64,000 nt of DNA, taken from positions 32,001 through 96,000 of the forward strand of contig OY771506.1 in NCBI GenBank assembly GCA_963674705.1, written 5' to 3'. Each line of letters starts with the position of its first letter. Position 1 is the first letter of the stretch. The DNA comes from Phycisphaeraceae bacterium (GTDB taxonomy: Bacteria > Planctomycetota > Phycisphaerae > Phycisphaerales > Phycisphaeraceae). The notes under the pieces are model-generated. The model was not told the origin of the DNA. It saw only the letters and a program-made list of their open reading frames with translations, and made no database searches. This document shows positions 28,469 through 39,150 of the stretch, piece by piece. Made by a program: the position numbers and the translations under genes.

Positions 28469-29956
28469 ATGAATCAGCAGATGACGACCGCAGATCAGGA
28501 ACCAACTAAACGGCTGCGCCTCTTTTGGCTGTACGTGCTGCTGATCACCGCCCTTGCCGGCGGGATGCGCCTGTATAACCTCGACAAGTACAGCTTCTGG
28601 GAAGATGAACTCTACACCGTCAGGTCCAGCAGCACGCTGGAGCAGGGGCAGCTATCCAAGCGGTTGGGCTACGTGCCGTCGGCGATTGGGCTGATGGCAA
28701 CGGGTGTCGATCTGGATGAGGTGACGCCGAAGAATACAGCCCAGTGGCAAACAATGGGCGTCACGGAATGGGGCGTACGGATCGGACCGAGCATCGTGGG
28801 GATCTTGACGATCCCGCTGCTGGCGTGGGCGAGCAGACGGTTATTAGGCGACCGGACGACGCTGATCGCGGCATTGATCCTAACGGTTTCGCCCTGGCAT
28901 CTGTTCTGGTCTCAGGCCGGGCGGTATTACACGATCCAGTTCCTGTTCTACAACCTGGCGCTGGTGTGGTATCTGCGTTGTTGCCTGGAGAAGTCGGCGA
29001 GGTTGGCGGTGTTGTCATCGGCAGCGTTGGTGCTGGCGTACCTCTCGCAGCCGCCGGCACTGGTGATCTGCGTTGTGCTGGCAGGTGACGTGGTGATCAG
29101 CCTGATCCGTCGTGAGCCGATCGGCTTGGGAAAAGTTGGTTGGTCGGCGGGTGTCATCGCGGTACTGCTTTGCCTGGGTATTCAGTACTACGACATCAAC
29201 GCGAATAAAGAAGACTGGGCTTACTGGGGTGGGCTTGAAGGGCACAATTGGAAGATCATCGGCGCGAGCATGCTGCTGCGGAATCATCCGATGCTGATCG
29301 CTATCGCGGGGCTTAGCGGATTAGGCTTGCTGCGAAAGCAACCAAGGCTGGCGTGGTACTTCGGGATGGCTGCGGTGCTGCCGGTGCTTGCACTGATGGC
29401 ATTGAGTTTCAAACAAGGCATGTATGTCCACGAACGTTACTGCTTCGTCGTGCATTATGCATGGATCGTGCTTGCAGCGATGGGTTTGTCGGCCGCATGG
29501 GAAGCAACGTTGACGCATCACAGCCGGCTCATTGCCGCGGTGGGTGTAACGGCGGTCGTCTTTTCATTCTTGTGGGTGGACGTGGGTTATTACCCCGACG
29601 GGTACCGCAGACGCTGGAAAGAAGCGTTCGCTTACATCGAACCCTTGCGGCAGCCCGGGGAAGATGTGGCGTGTTTTTCATCCATCGGCACGCCGATCGC
29701 GCAATACTATCTTGAGACTGAAGACGTGCTTGAATACAGTGCGTTTCCAACAAGCCCGCAGATGTTGTCCGAACTGAAGCGACCGACCTGGCTGGTTCTT
29801 CCGGCGGTCTCGGCGACAAAGGGTGAGTTGTTCCCCTGGCTGAATGATGCAGCCGATCTGAAACGTTACTACGACCTGCGCGTATTACAGCCTTTCGCTT
29901 CCATCCGGGTTTATTACTACCAACCCCCCACCGTTAACGAACCCGGTCAAGATTGA
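28469..29956 (+). CDS. GT-C fold ArnT/PMT-like (GT39/GT83) membrane glycosyltransferase
   Basis: 'RLYNLDKYSFWEDE', 'EWGVR', 'SPWHLFWSQAGRYY', multiple TM segments. Confidence 0.82.
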   Translation: MNQQMTTADQEPTKRLRLFWLYVLLITALAGGMRLYNLDKYSFWEDELYTVRSSSTLEQGQLSKRLGYVPSAIGLMATGVDLDEVTPKNTAQWQTMGVTEWGVRIGPSIVGILTIPLLAWASRRLLGDRTTLIAALILTVSPWHLFWSQAGRYYTIQFLFYNLALVWYLRCCLEKSARLAVLSSAALVLAYLSQPPALVICVVLAGDVVISLIRREPIGLGKVGWSAGVIAVLLCLGIQYYDINANKEDWAYWGGLEGHNWKIIGASMLLRNHPMLIAIAGLSGLGLLRKQPRLAWYFGMAAVLPVLALMALSFKQGMYVHERYCFVVHYAWIVLAAMGLSAAWEATLTHHSRLIAAVGVTAVVFSFLWVDVGYYPDGYRRRWKEAFAYIEPLRQPGEDVACFSSIGTPIAQYYLETEDVLEYSAFPTSPQMLSELKRPTWLVLPAVSATKGELFPWLNDAADLKRYYDLRVLQPFASIRVYYYQPPTVNEPGQD

Positions 29957-30744
29957 TGAGCGAAGCGAGCGATTCCACAAAGAACCAGCGGATTGATCTG
30001 CGCGGCGTTGCGATCGACGTTTTAACGGAGCAAGGCTGCGTGGAGCGGTTGATCCGTGAATCGCAGGCCGGCCAAGGCGGTTGGGTGATCACGCCGAACC
30101 TGGATCACATGCGACGCGCGGAAACGGATGAAGAGTTCCGCACGATGCTGGATGAGGCGGATGTCGTGGTGGCGGACGGCATGCCGTTAATCTGGGCAAG
30201 CCGTCTCCAGGGCACCCCCCTGCCGGAGCGTGTGGCGGGTTCAGCGTTGGTCTGGTCCCTGGCAGAGGCGGCGGCGAAGGCGGATCGTTCACTGTACCTG
30301 CTGGGCGGTGATCCGGGCGCAGCAGACAAGGCGGCAGACGTGTTAAAAAACCGTTACCCGTCGCTACGGATCGCAGGCACGGACTGTCCCGAGTTCGGAT
30401 TTGATAAAGACCCCGCAAGAACAGCACAAGTTTTACAAAAAGTTCTGGAAGCCGGGCCCGATATCGTATATGTTGGATTGGGTTCGCCGAAACAGGAACG
30501 GTTGATCCAGAAAGCCCGGATGGATCTGCCACATGTCTGGTGGCTAGGGGTTGGAATCAGCTTGAGTTTCATCGCCGGAGACGTCAAACGCGCTCCCCGA
30601 TGGGTCCAGAAAATCGGTCTGGAATGGATGCACCGGTTATTGCAGGAGCCCGGACGGCTCGCCAAGCGGTACCTCGTGCATGGACTGCCCTTTTCCGCCC
30701 GATTATTAACTGGAGCGATCTTGCGACGGATAAGCGGCAAATAA
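29953..30744 (+). CDS. WecB/TagA/CpsF family glycosyltransferase (GT26)
   Basis: 'ITPNLDH', 'ADGMPL', 'ERVAGS', 'GLGSPKQE', 'RAPRW..GLEW..RL.QEP.RL.KRY'. Confidence 0.93.
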   Translation: MMSEASDSTKNQRIDLRGVAIDVLTEQGCVERLIRESQAGQGGWVITPNLDHMRRAETDEEFRTMLDEADVVVADGMPLIWASRLQGTPLPERVAGSALVWSLAEAAAKADRSLYLLGGDPGAADKAADVLKNRYPSLRIAGTDCPEFGFDKDPARTAQVLQKVLEAGPDIVYVGLGSPKQERLIQKARMDLPHVWWLGVGISLSFIAGDVKRAPRWVQKIGLEWMHRLLQEPGRLAKRYLVHGLPFSARLLTGAILRRISGK

Positions 30745-30891
30745 CCGATGCAAGAACCGGACGGCACGGGCGTTGATAAGGTTATTGGAACCCGCAGATC
30801 CATGGAACGTCGTACAATAGAGGCTGGAAGAGATTCCGCGAGACTAACACAACCCGTCAACAAGTGACGTGACCAGGACGTATCGATACAG

Positions 30892-31863
30892 ATGTACATC
30901 GATTCAGAAAAGCAACAACAAGGCGTACCGCAGGGGCCAGTCGTCCCCGACGCCGACAAGCCACAAACGTTGTGCAATGTACGTGCCGTTGTTCTGCTTG
31001 CCGGGTCCGTCCGTTCAACCAATCTTCGAAGAGCAACGGAGCGGTTCGTGATGGACCTGCCGTTGGACTCCCAGAAGACCATCCTGGATAGCTGGCACGA
31101 TCATCTGGACGATTTGGCCTATGAGTTGGGACTGGATCATTTGCCGGCGCGTGTGATGGTCAACCAGGCATCCGATCGGCCGACCGACACAAGCCGGACA
31201 GGGCCGGCCGAGGTCCAATTCCAGCAGGACCCGCTGGATTTTCGCGGCACGGGCGGATTGGTCAGCGATGTTGCCAAGGAATATGACGACGACGATTACC
31301 TGATCGTCGCAACCGCAAACCAGGTTCTTTTTACGCCATTACCAAGGCTGTTCGAGGCGATGGCCGCGAAGAAGGCGGACGTCTGCCTGCTCAGCGATCG
31401 TGACAGCCGCCCCAGGGGGATCACACTGATCCGTTGCGGGGTCTTGCGTGACATCGCGTCTGTAGGGTTCGTGGACCTGAATGAGCAAGCCCTGCCCGAG
31501 ATCGCCAAACACAACCGCGTAAAGGTGTGCCGATATGATCAGCCGGCCGGGATGGCGATCCGGACGCGACAGACTTACCTGGACGCGGTACGGATCCACC
31601 ACGAGCGGATGAACGGCAAGTGCCGACTCACGGGCTGCGAGCCCGACGAGGATTGGAGCGCCACTTTCAGCATCATCGAGCCCGGCGCCAGTGTAGATCC
31701 TTCGGCGATCGTACACGACTCTGTAGTGCTTGCGGGCGGTCGGGTGGAAGCCAACGCCGTGCTGGTCCGTTCGATTGTCGGCTCCAGGGGCTGGATCGGG
31801 GCGGGTGAATCGGTGGTGGATCGGATCGAAACCTCAGGCGGCAGCCGTCGCCGAAGGGCCTGA
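30892..31863 (+). CDS. Nucleotidyltransferase-like (sugar-1-P NTP-transferase fold + LbH) protein with degenerate active-site motif
   Basis: 'RAVVLLAGSVRS', 'RGTGG', 'DDYLIV', C-terminal 'VDPSAIVHDSVV..VEANAVLVRSIV' LbH. Confidence 0.7.
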   Translation: MYIDSEKQQQGVPQGPVVPDADKPQTLCNVRAVVLLAGSVRSTNLRRATERFVMDLPLDSQKTILDSWHDHLDDLAYELGLDHLPARVMVNQASDRPTDTSRTGPAEVQFQQDPLDFRGTGGLVSDVAKEYDDDDYLIVATANQVLFTPLPRLFEAMAAKKADVCLLSDRDSRPRGITLIRCGVLRDIASVGFVDLNEQALPEIAKHNRVKVCRYDQPAGMAIRTRQTYLDAVRIHHERMNGKCRLTGCEPDEDWSATFSIIEPGASVDPSAIVHDSVVLAGGRVEANAVLVRSIVGSRGWIGAGESVVDRIETSGGSRRRRA

Positions 31864-32180
31864 TTAACCGTAAGATGTGACAGTTAATCAGGATCAGGGG
31901 TCCTATAACGTTGAAACAAGTGCGATCCGGGGTACGTATGAGTCGTACGTACAGGGGTGGGTCTATACCCATCGGGTACGCGATTGGAGCCCTGATTCTG
32001 CCGATGCAAGGGTAGTATCTGCCCTGATTTGGCGGGTTCTGAGGCCCCCGGTGTGTCGCCGTAGCGTAAGGGCCTACAATATGGGCTGAATCGGTAATCC
32101 GGGTAACACGCACGAGGCCGCCGCCCGAAGCGGCTTCACCGGCTTGTGTCTTATGACCCCGATTCGGGAGTTGATGGAAG

Positions 32181-34418
32181 ATGAATCAAAACAATATGAA
32201 AAGACAGGCCGATACGGACTTGCTCTTCGATGAAGCCGATGTCCAGGGGCCCGGGTCCGGCGGAATCCATCTGCAATCCCTGCTGCGTGGCCGGTATCAC
32301 TGGGCGATCATCCTGGGGCTGATCCTGGCGATCTGCGGCGCTTTGGCGGGATTCTACAGCCAGGGCGATGTCTACCGCAGTACGAGCCTGATCGGTATCT
32401 CGCCGATGAGGCAAGGTATCTTCACCGAAGACTACGCCCGCAATTACGATTCGTGGATCTCACGACAACTGACGATCATCTCCGGTCCGAAGGTGCTTGA
32501 ACCTGCGATGAACAGCAACGAATGGCAGTCTGTCGCGGTGGGCCCGTACAAATCGAGCACCGTACTGTTTGCCAACGGCTTGAAACTGGACCATAAGCGT
32601 GGCCAGGAAGTGATCGAGATCTCATTCGAAGCGACGATTCCCGAACTGGCTCAGGTCGGTGCGAACGTTATCACCAAAGCCTACATGGATGAGCTGGAGC
32701 GTAGCGAACAGCAGGACAAATCACACGTCATCAGTGTGCTTGAGGGTCGCAGGCTAGAGCTGGTGAAAAAGATCGAGTACATCAAAAGCGAAAAACGCAA
32801 GCTCTTCACTGAGTACAACGAGCACACGATCAAAGACGTACTCGATCGATTGACCGCAGCCCGTACCAAGCTCGAAGAAGAATTGGAATCCACACGTTTG
32901 GAGTTGGCTGAGCTTGGCGTCGATACAGGCGACGAGGCCAATACTGAACAGTTGACACTCGAACAACTCGCGGCGCATAACAGGCCTTTGGCCGAATTGC
33001 TGGCCAGGCGTGAATCGCTGGAAACGCAGATCGATTACATGAAACGTCTTGGCCGTGGTGACCGACACCCCGAGATGAAAGACGCGACGGCTTCACTGGA
33101 CGCGTTGAACACACAGATCGAACGGCTGGCTCGTTCTTTACGTGGCTCGATCGATGGCTCGTTCACTGCGGATAATCAGGATGAGGAAAATGTCTCGCCG
33201 GTCGTCGCGTTGCGTAACAAAGAACGCCGGCTGACCAAGCAATACGAAAACGCCAACGCCGAGGTCCAGCATCTGGGGATGATTTACGGACAGTTGGAGA
33301 CGCTCAATGCTGATTTGAAAGCATATGAGGACGATCTGGCGGGCACGGTGAATCGCCTTGACAACCTCCAGATCGAATCACAAGCCTCGGGTCGTGCCGA
33401 GGTGCTAAGTGATGCCGGATTGCCCACCGAACCGTATAACACCGGCAAGCGAAAGCAGCTTGCGGCGTTGGGTGGCATGGCCGGGCTCTGCGGCGGTTTC
33501 GGCCTGATCATCCTTTGGGGATTAATGGATCGTCGCCTGCGTCACATCGAGGATGCACAAGCTGGACTGGGCGGCTACCGGATGCTCGGCGTGTTGCCGG
33601 AGTTGCCTAATGATCTGACCAACCCCGAGCAGGCGGTACTCGCATCGCACTGCGTGCACCAGGTGCGGACGCTGCTGCAGATCAATCGAAGCACAGATGG
33701 TTTCGTCCTTTCCGTCACCGGCCCGGCAGCGGGTTCTGGCAAGACCAGCCTGACGATGGCGCTGGGGATGTCCTTTGCCAGCAGCGGCTCCAAGACACTG
33801 TTGATCGACTGTGATATCGTCGGCGGCGGATTGACACGCCGTCTGCTGCAGGGCGATCGTTCGGATAAACACTCGGGTGTGCTGGAAGCGTGCAACGGCA
33901 CCGCCTTCAGTGATTGCATCATTCACACGAGCATCCCGAACCTCGACATGGTGCCTATCGGTTCTGCCCTGCCTTCCCAGGCGGGCAACCTCTCTCCCAG
34001 CGCTGTGAAGAAGCTTTTAGCCAAAGCGCGAGACGAATACGAAACAGTGCTGGTCGATACCGGCCCCGTGCTCGGCAGCCTCGAAGCCTCGATGGTTTCA
34101 GCGCAAGCGGATAAAACAATCGTCATCGTGTCGCGTGGTGATCAGAAGCCGATCATCCTCAAGAGCCTGGATCACCTTCGATCGATCGGTGCGAACATCG
34201 CGGGTATCGTGTTCAATCACGCCGACGCGGTGGATATCGAGCGTTCAACCTACGCCAGCGTCACGGTCTCACAGAACCGTCGCATGGACGACCGTGAACT
34301 GAACGAGGTGCAGTGGATCGACCGCGACACCTCCGATCGCTACGGACCGCTGGCTACCGCGGTGGCATCCTACGGTCGGGCAAGAGATGACAGCGACCAC
34401 ACCCAATCACAAGAGTGA
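32181..34418 (+). CDS. wzc: Wzc-like polysaccharide co-polymerase / BY-kinase
   Basis: Two TMs flanking a coiled-coil; Walker A 'GPAAGSGKTS', A' 'LIDCD', B 'VLVDTGP'. Confidence 0.88.
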   Translation: MNQNNMKRQADTDLLFDEADVQGPGSGGIHLQSLLRGRYHWAIILGLILAICGALAGFYSQGDVYRSTSLIGISPMRQGIFTEDYARNYDSWISRQLTIISGPKVLEPAMNSNEWQSVAVGPYKSSTVLFANGLKLDHKRGQEVIEISFEATIPELAQVGANVITKAYMDELERSEQQDKSHVISVLEGRRLELVKKIEYIKSEKRKLFTEYNEHTIKDVLDRLTAARTKLEEELESTRLELAELGVDTGDEANTEQLTLEQLAAHNRPLAELLARRESLETQIDYMKRLGRGDRHPEMKDATASLDALNTQIERLARSLRGSIDGSFTADNQDEENVSPVVALRNKERRLTKQYENANAEVQHLGMIYGQLETLNADLKAYEDDLAGTVNRLDNLQIESQASGRAEVLSDAGLPTEPYNTGKRKQLAALGGMAGLCGGFGLIILWGLMDRRLRHIEDAQAGLGGYRMLGVLPELPNDLTNPEQAVLASHCVHQVRTLLQINRSTDGFVLSVTGPAAGSGKTSLTMALGMSFASSGSKTLLIDCDIVGGGLTRRLLQGDRSDKHSGVLEACNGTAFSDCIIHTSIPNLDMVPIGSALPSQAGNLSPSAVKKLLAKARDEYETVLVDTGPVLGSLEASMVSAQADKTIVIVSRGDQKPIILKSLDHLRSIGANIAGIVFNHADAVDIERSTYASVTVSQNRRMDDRELNEVQWIDRDTSDRYGPLATAVASYGRARDDSDHTQSQE

Positions 34419-34438
34419 TGGATAACTGAAGCCCGACC

Positions 34439-35932
34439 ATGATCCAGCAGACGAATCAAACTGCAGATGCTGAGGCGTCATCCAACCAGACCATCTGGGG
34501 GCTGGATGTCTCACAACTGCACCAACGGTTCTGGGCCTCACGCGGCGTGCAGGTGGTTCGGCGCGGCGATAATACTCCCGTGAATGATTCTGCAGATTAT
34601 TACCTGCTGATCGAGCCTTCACACTACTGCCTGTTCCGCCTTGACCAGGTGATCGATACCATCAGTTGGCTCAAGCCCAGCCTGCTGTTCGTGCGTATTC
34701 ACGATACACATGAACACGTTTACCGTGAACGTATAATTACCGACGGCAGCGACAACTTCGTCAGGTTCCATCGTGAGTACGGCGGTTCGGACTGCCGGCT
34801 GATCCGCGCGGCGGTCAGCACGAATCGACAACTCGTCGAGGCCTGGTGTTCAGCGCCGGATAACCGCAGCGGCTGGCGTCGTTTAAGACAAGCGGTCCCG
34901 CAGGTACAGCGGACCACGATCTCGATCAACGGCAGTGCTTTTTACCGGCATAACGCGGCCGAACGCAAGCAATTCATCCGAGAGCTTATTTCGGTTTGGC
35001 GCAGGCCGGACGCCGCGATCGGACGGGCCAGACAGATGCTTGATGGCAATGTCTGGATCGACAAGCAGACACCACCCCACAAAGGGACACGCTTCATCGG
35101 CCCGGTCTGGGTCGGTGCGGGTCGTCAATTGGAAGGTATCGAGAGCATCGTGGGACCGGCCGTCCTCTGGGACAATCCGGAATCACGCCCACAGGCCGAT
35201 GATGTCCAATGGCTGACACCGGATTTTGAAGCACTGCCGGAAGTAGAAACTACGATCAGGCCCCCGCGTCGATTGAATCCGATCCAAAAGGCAAATAAAC
35301 GCACGTTCGACATCATCGCAGCGTTACTCGGCCTGATCATCACCCTGCCGTTTTATCCGCTGATCATGTTCCTGATCTGGCTGGAGGACGGCCGACCGTT
35401 CTTCTTCGCGCATCGTCGTGAGACGCGAGGTGGGGTTGAGTTCCCTTGCCTGAAGTTCCGGACCATGCGTAACAACGCGGAACAGCTCAAGCAAGAGCTT
35501 GCCAAGGAAAACAAATGCGACGGCCCGCAGTTCTTTATCGAGAACGATCCGCGCATCACGAAGTTCGGCAAGATCATGCGAAAATGCAATGTCGACGAGT
35601 TCCCGCAGTTCTTGAACGTGCTGGTCGGGCACATGTCGATCGTCGGGCCGCGCCCCAGCCCGCACAGCGAGAACCAGTACTGCCCGCCGTGGCGTGAAGC
35701 GCGTCTGAGTGTCAGGCCCGGGATCACAGGGCTCTGGCAGGTGATGCGCAGCCGTGAGGCCGGCCTCGACTTCCAGGAATGGATTCGTTACGACATCGAG
35801 TATGTCGAGAACTTAAGCTGGCAGTTAGACATCTGGATTATCTGGCGCACGTTCGCCAACCTCGCCGGGATCAAGGCAGGAAGCAAGAAGTATCCCAAGG
35901 TCAGTAAAGCAAAACAGGACGCTCGTGAATGA
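34439..35932 (+). CDS. Priming phosphoglycosyltransferase (Bac_transf) with unusual ~280-aa N-terminal domain
   Basis: 'KRTFDI', 'KFRTM', 'DPRIT', 'DEFPQFLNVLVGHMSIVGPRP', 'RPGITGLWQV'. Confidence 0.9.
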   Translation: MIQQTNQTADAEASSNQTIWGLDVSQLHQRFWASRGVQVVRRGDNTPVNDSADYYLLIEPSHYCLFRLDQVIDTISWLKPSLLFVRIHDTHEHVYRERIITDGSDNFVRFHREYGGSDCRLIRAAVSTNRQLVEAWCSAPDNRSGWRRLRQAVPQVQRTTISINGSAFYRHNAAERKQFIRELISVWRRPDAAIGRARQMLDGNVWIDKQTPPHKGTRFIGPVWVGAGRQLEGIESIVGPAVLWDNPESRPQADDVQWLTPDFEALPEVETTIRPPRRLNPIQKANKRTFDIIAALLGLIITLPFYPLIMFLIWLEDGRPFFFAHRRETRGGVEFPCLKFRTMRNNAEQLKQELAKENKCDGPQFFIENDPRITKFGKIMRKCNVDEFPQFLNVLVGHMSIVGPRPSPHSENQYCPPWREARLSVRPGITGLWQVMRSREAGLDFQEWIRYDIEYVENLSWQLDIWIIWRTFANLAGIKAGSKKYPKVSKAKQDARE

Positions 35933-35943
35933 GCGTCCTGTTT
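35912..35943. terminator. Bidirectional intrinsic terminator between the EPS operon and gltA
   Basis: Perfect 13-bp stem AAACAGGACGCTC-GTGAAT-GAGCGTCCTGTTT between convergent genes, overlapping the stop codon at 35930-35932. Confidence 0.8.
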
Positions 35944-36004
35944 GATTTGTATCCAACTCACTGAACTGACAGAATTGATTTTGCCCATCGGCTCAATCAA
36001 CCGA

Positions 36005-37303
36005 TTACCGATCATCCATTTCGACGTATTCGCGCCGTGTAGGTCCGGTGTAGATCTGACGCGGTCGGGCGATACGGGAGTTGGGATTCTCGTGCTGTTC
36101 CTTCCAGTGGGCGATCCAGCCGGGCATACGACCGATGGCGAACATGACGGTGAACATGTTGACGGGTATGCCAATGGCACGCAGGATAATGCCTGAGTAG
36201 AAGTCGACGTTCGGATAGAGGTTACGTTCGAGGAAGTAATCGTCTTTACGGGCGACCTCTTCCAGTTCCAGCGCGATTTCCATCAGTGGATCGCTGCCGG
36301 TCTTGCCTAGGAGTGAGTCACAGGCATCTTTCAAGATGGTTGCACGTGGGTCGAAGGATTTATAGACGCGGTGGCCGAAGCCCATGAGACGGAACTCTTT
36401 CTTCTTGACTTGCTCGACGATGTCTTTCACGCTGACATTGGTCTTGTAGATGGTGTCGAGCATTTCGATACAGCGTTGGTTCGCCCCGCCGTGCAGCGGT
36501 CCCCAAAGTGCGCAGATCGCGGCGGCCATGGAGGCAAAGAGATTCGCCTGGCTGGAACCGACGACACGTGCGGTGGAGGTTGAGCAGTTCTGCTCGTGAT
36601 CGGCGTGCAACATCAGGAACAGGTCCAGCGCACGCACGACATCAGACTCCGGAGAGTATCGGCTGTAGGGCTTGCTGAACATGCAATGCAAGAAGTTGCC
36701 GCAGTAGTCCATGTCCGGGTCAGGGTAACGGTGCGGCTGGCCGATCGACTTTTTGTAACTGAACGCCGCGATGGTACCGACCTTGGCGATGAGCTTTGCC
36801 GCAAGTGAGAAGAAGGTTTCGTCGATCTCACGGATCTGGAGGAACTCAGCGTGGTAGCAACTGGTTGCGTTGATCATGGAACTGAGCACAGCCATCGGGG
36901 GCGCCCCGGCGGGGAAGCCCTCGAAGTGATGGCGCATGTCCTCGTGGATCATCGCATTTTTCTTGACCTCGTTACGGAACCGATCAAGCTGATCGTAGGT
37001 CGGCAGTTCGCCGTAGATTAACAGCCATGCAACTTCCAGGAAGGTGCTATGTTCAGCGAGTCCCTCGATGGGGTACCCGCGATAACGAAGGATTCCCTTT
37101 TCACCATCAATGTAGGTAATGGCAGATTTGGTCGCGCCGGTGTTACCGAAGCCGTTGTCCAGAGTGATGTAGCCGGTTTCTGCACGCAGAGCACTGATGT
37201 CCACCCCGTGTTCGTTTTCAGTGCCCACAACGATCGGTAAATCGATCGTTTTGTCTTCAAGTTGTAGTTTTGCCGTCTGATTCGAAACCGCTTGAGATGC
37301 CAT
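36005..37303 (-). CDS. gltA: Citrate synthase
   Basis: 'ITYIDGEKGILRYRGY', 'LHADHEQNCST', 'GPLHGGAN', 'MGFGHRVYK', 'YPNVDFYSG'. Confidence 0.97.
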   Translation of the reverse strand: MASQAVSNQTAKLQLEDKTIDLPIVVGTENEHGVDISALRAETGYITLDNGFGNTGATKSAITYIDGEKGILRYRGYPIEGLAEHSTFLEVAWLLIYGELPTYDQLDRFRNEVKKNAMIHEDMRHHFEGFPAGAPPMAVLSSMINATSCYHAEFLQIREIDETFFSLAAKLIAKVGTIAAFSYKKSIGQPHRYPDPDMDYCGNFLHCMFSKPYSRYSPESDVVRALDLFLMLHADHEQNCSTSTARVVGSSQANLFASMAAAICALWGPLHGGANQRCIEMLDTIYKTNVSVKDIVEQVKKKEFRLMGFGHRVYKSFDPRATILKDACDSLLGKTGSDPLMEIALELEEVARKDDYFLERNLYPNVDFYSGIILRAIGIPVNMFTVMFAIGRMPGWIAHWKEQHENPNSRIARPRQIYTGPTRREYVEMDDR

Positions 37304-37393
37304 CTGTTCCAGTCCCTCTATAGTGATAGTTCAGTGCCTGAATTGTAGGCACGTGACCCGCCCGCGACCAGATTCCGCCCTGAGAATAAATAA

Positions 37394-38944
<1,551 letters not shown>

Positions 38945-39014
38945 CGCTGACTCCGGTGCGGCTTTGACCGCAGACTTTCAAAAAGTTAATTGAATCGAAT
39001 TGGTTTATTCTTTG

Positions 39015-39146
39015 AACCACAGAGACACAGAGGCACAGAGTTAAACTCTAATCTTGGCATGCCTTATCTGTGTATATCTGTGTTCATCCCTATTTACTCT
39101 GTCTTTGCTTTTCCCTGTGACTCTGTGACTCTGTGTCTCTGTGGTT
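39015..39146. repeat. 26-bp inverted repeat built from 8-bp CTCTGTGN units between atpH and atpA
   Basis: AACCACAGAGACACAGAGGCACAGAG (39015-39040) versus CTCTGTGACTCTGTGTCTCTGTGGTT (39121-39146): 25/26 match, AT-rich spacer. Confidence 0.9.
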
Positions 39147-39150
39147 ATCT

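Noticed and set aside
30762..30777. Sigma-54-like promoter CGGCACGGGCGTTGAT
   Set aside because: The -12 element is GA rather than GC, and a TACAAT -10-like site lies nearer the gene; support is too weak.
31877..32089. 70-aa ORF upstream of wzc as a leader peptide
   Set aside because: No SD or recognisable features; RNA or DNA structure explains the region better, though a peptide cannot be excluded.
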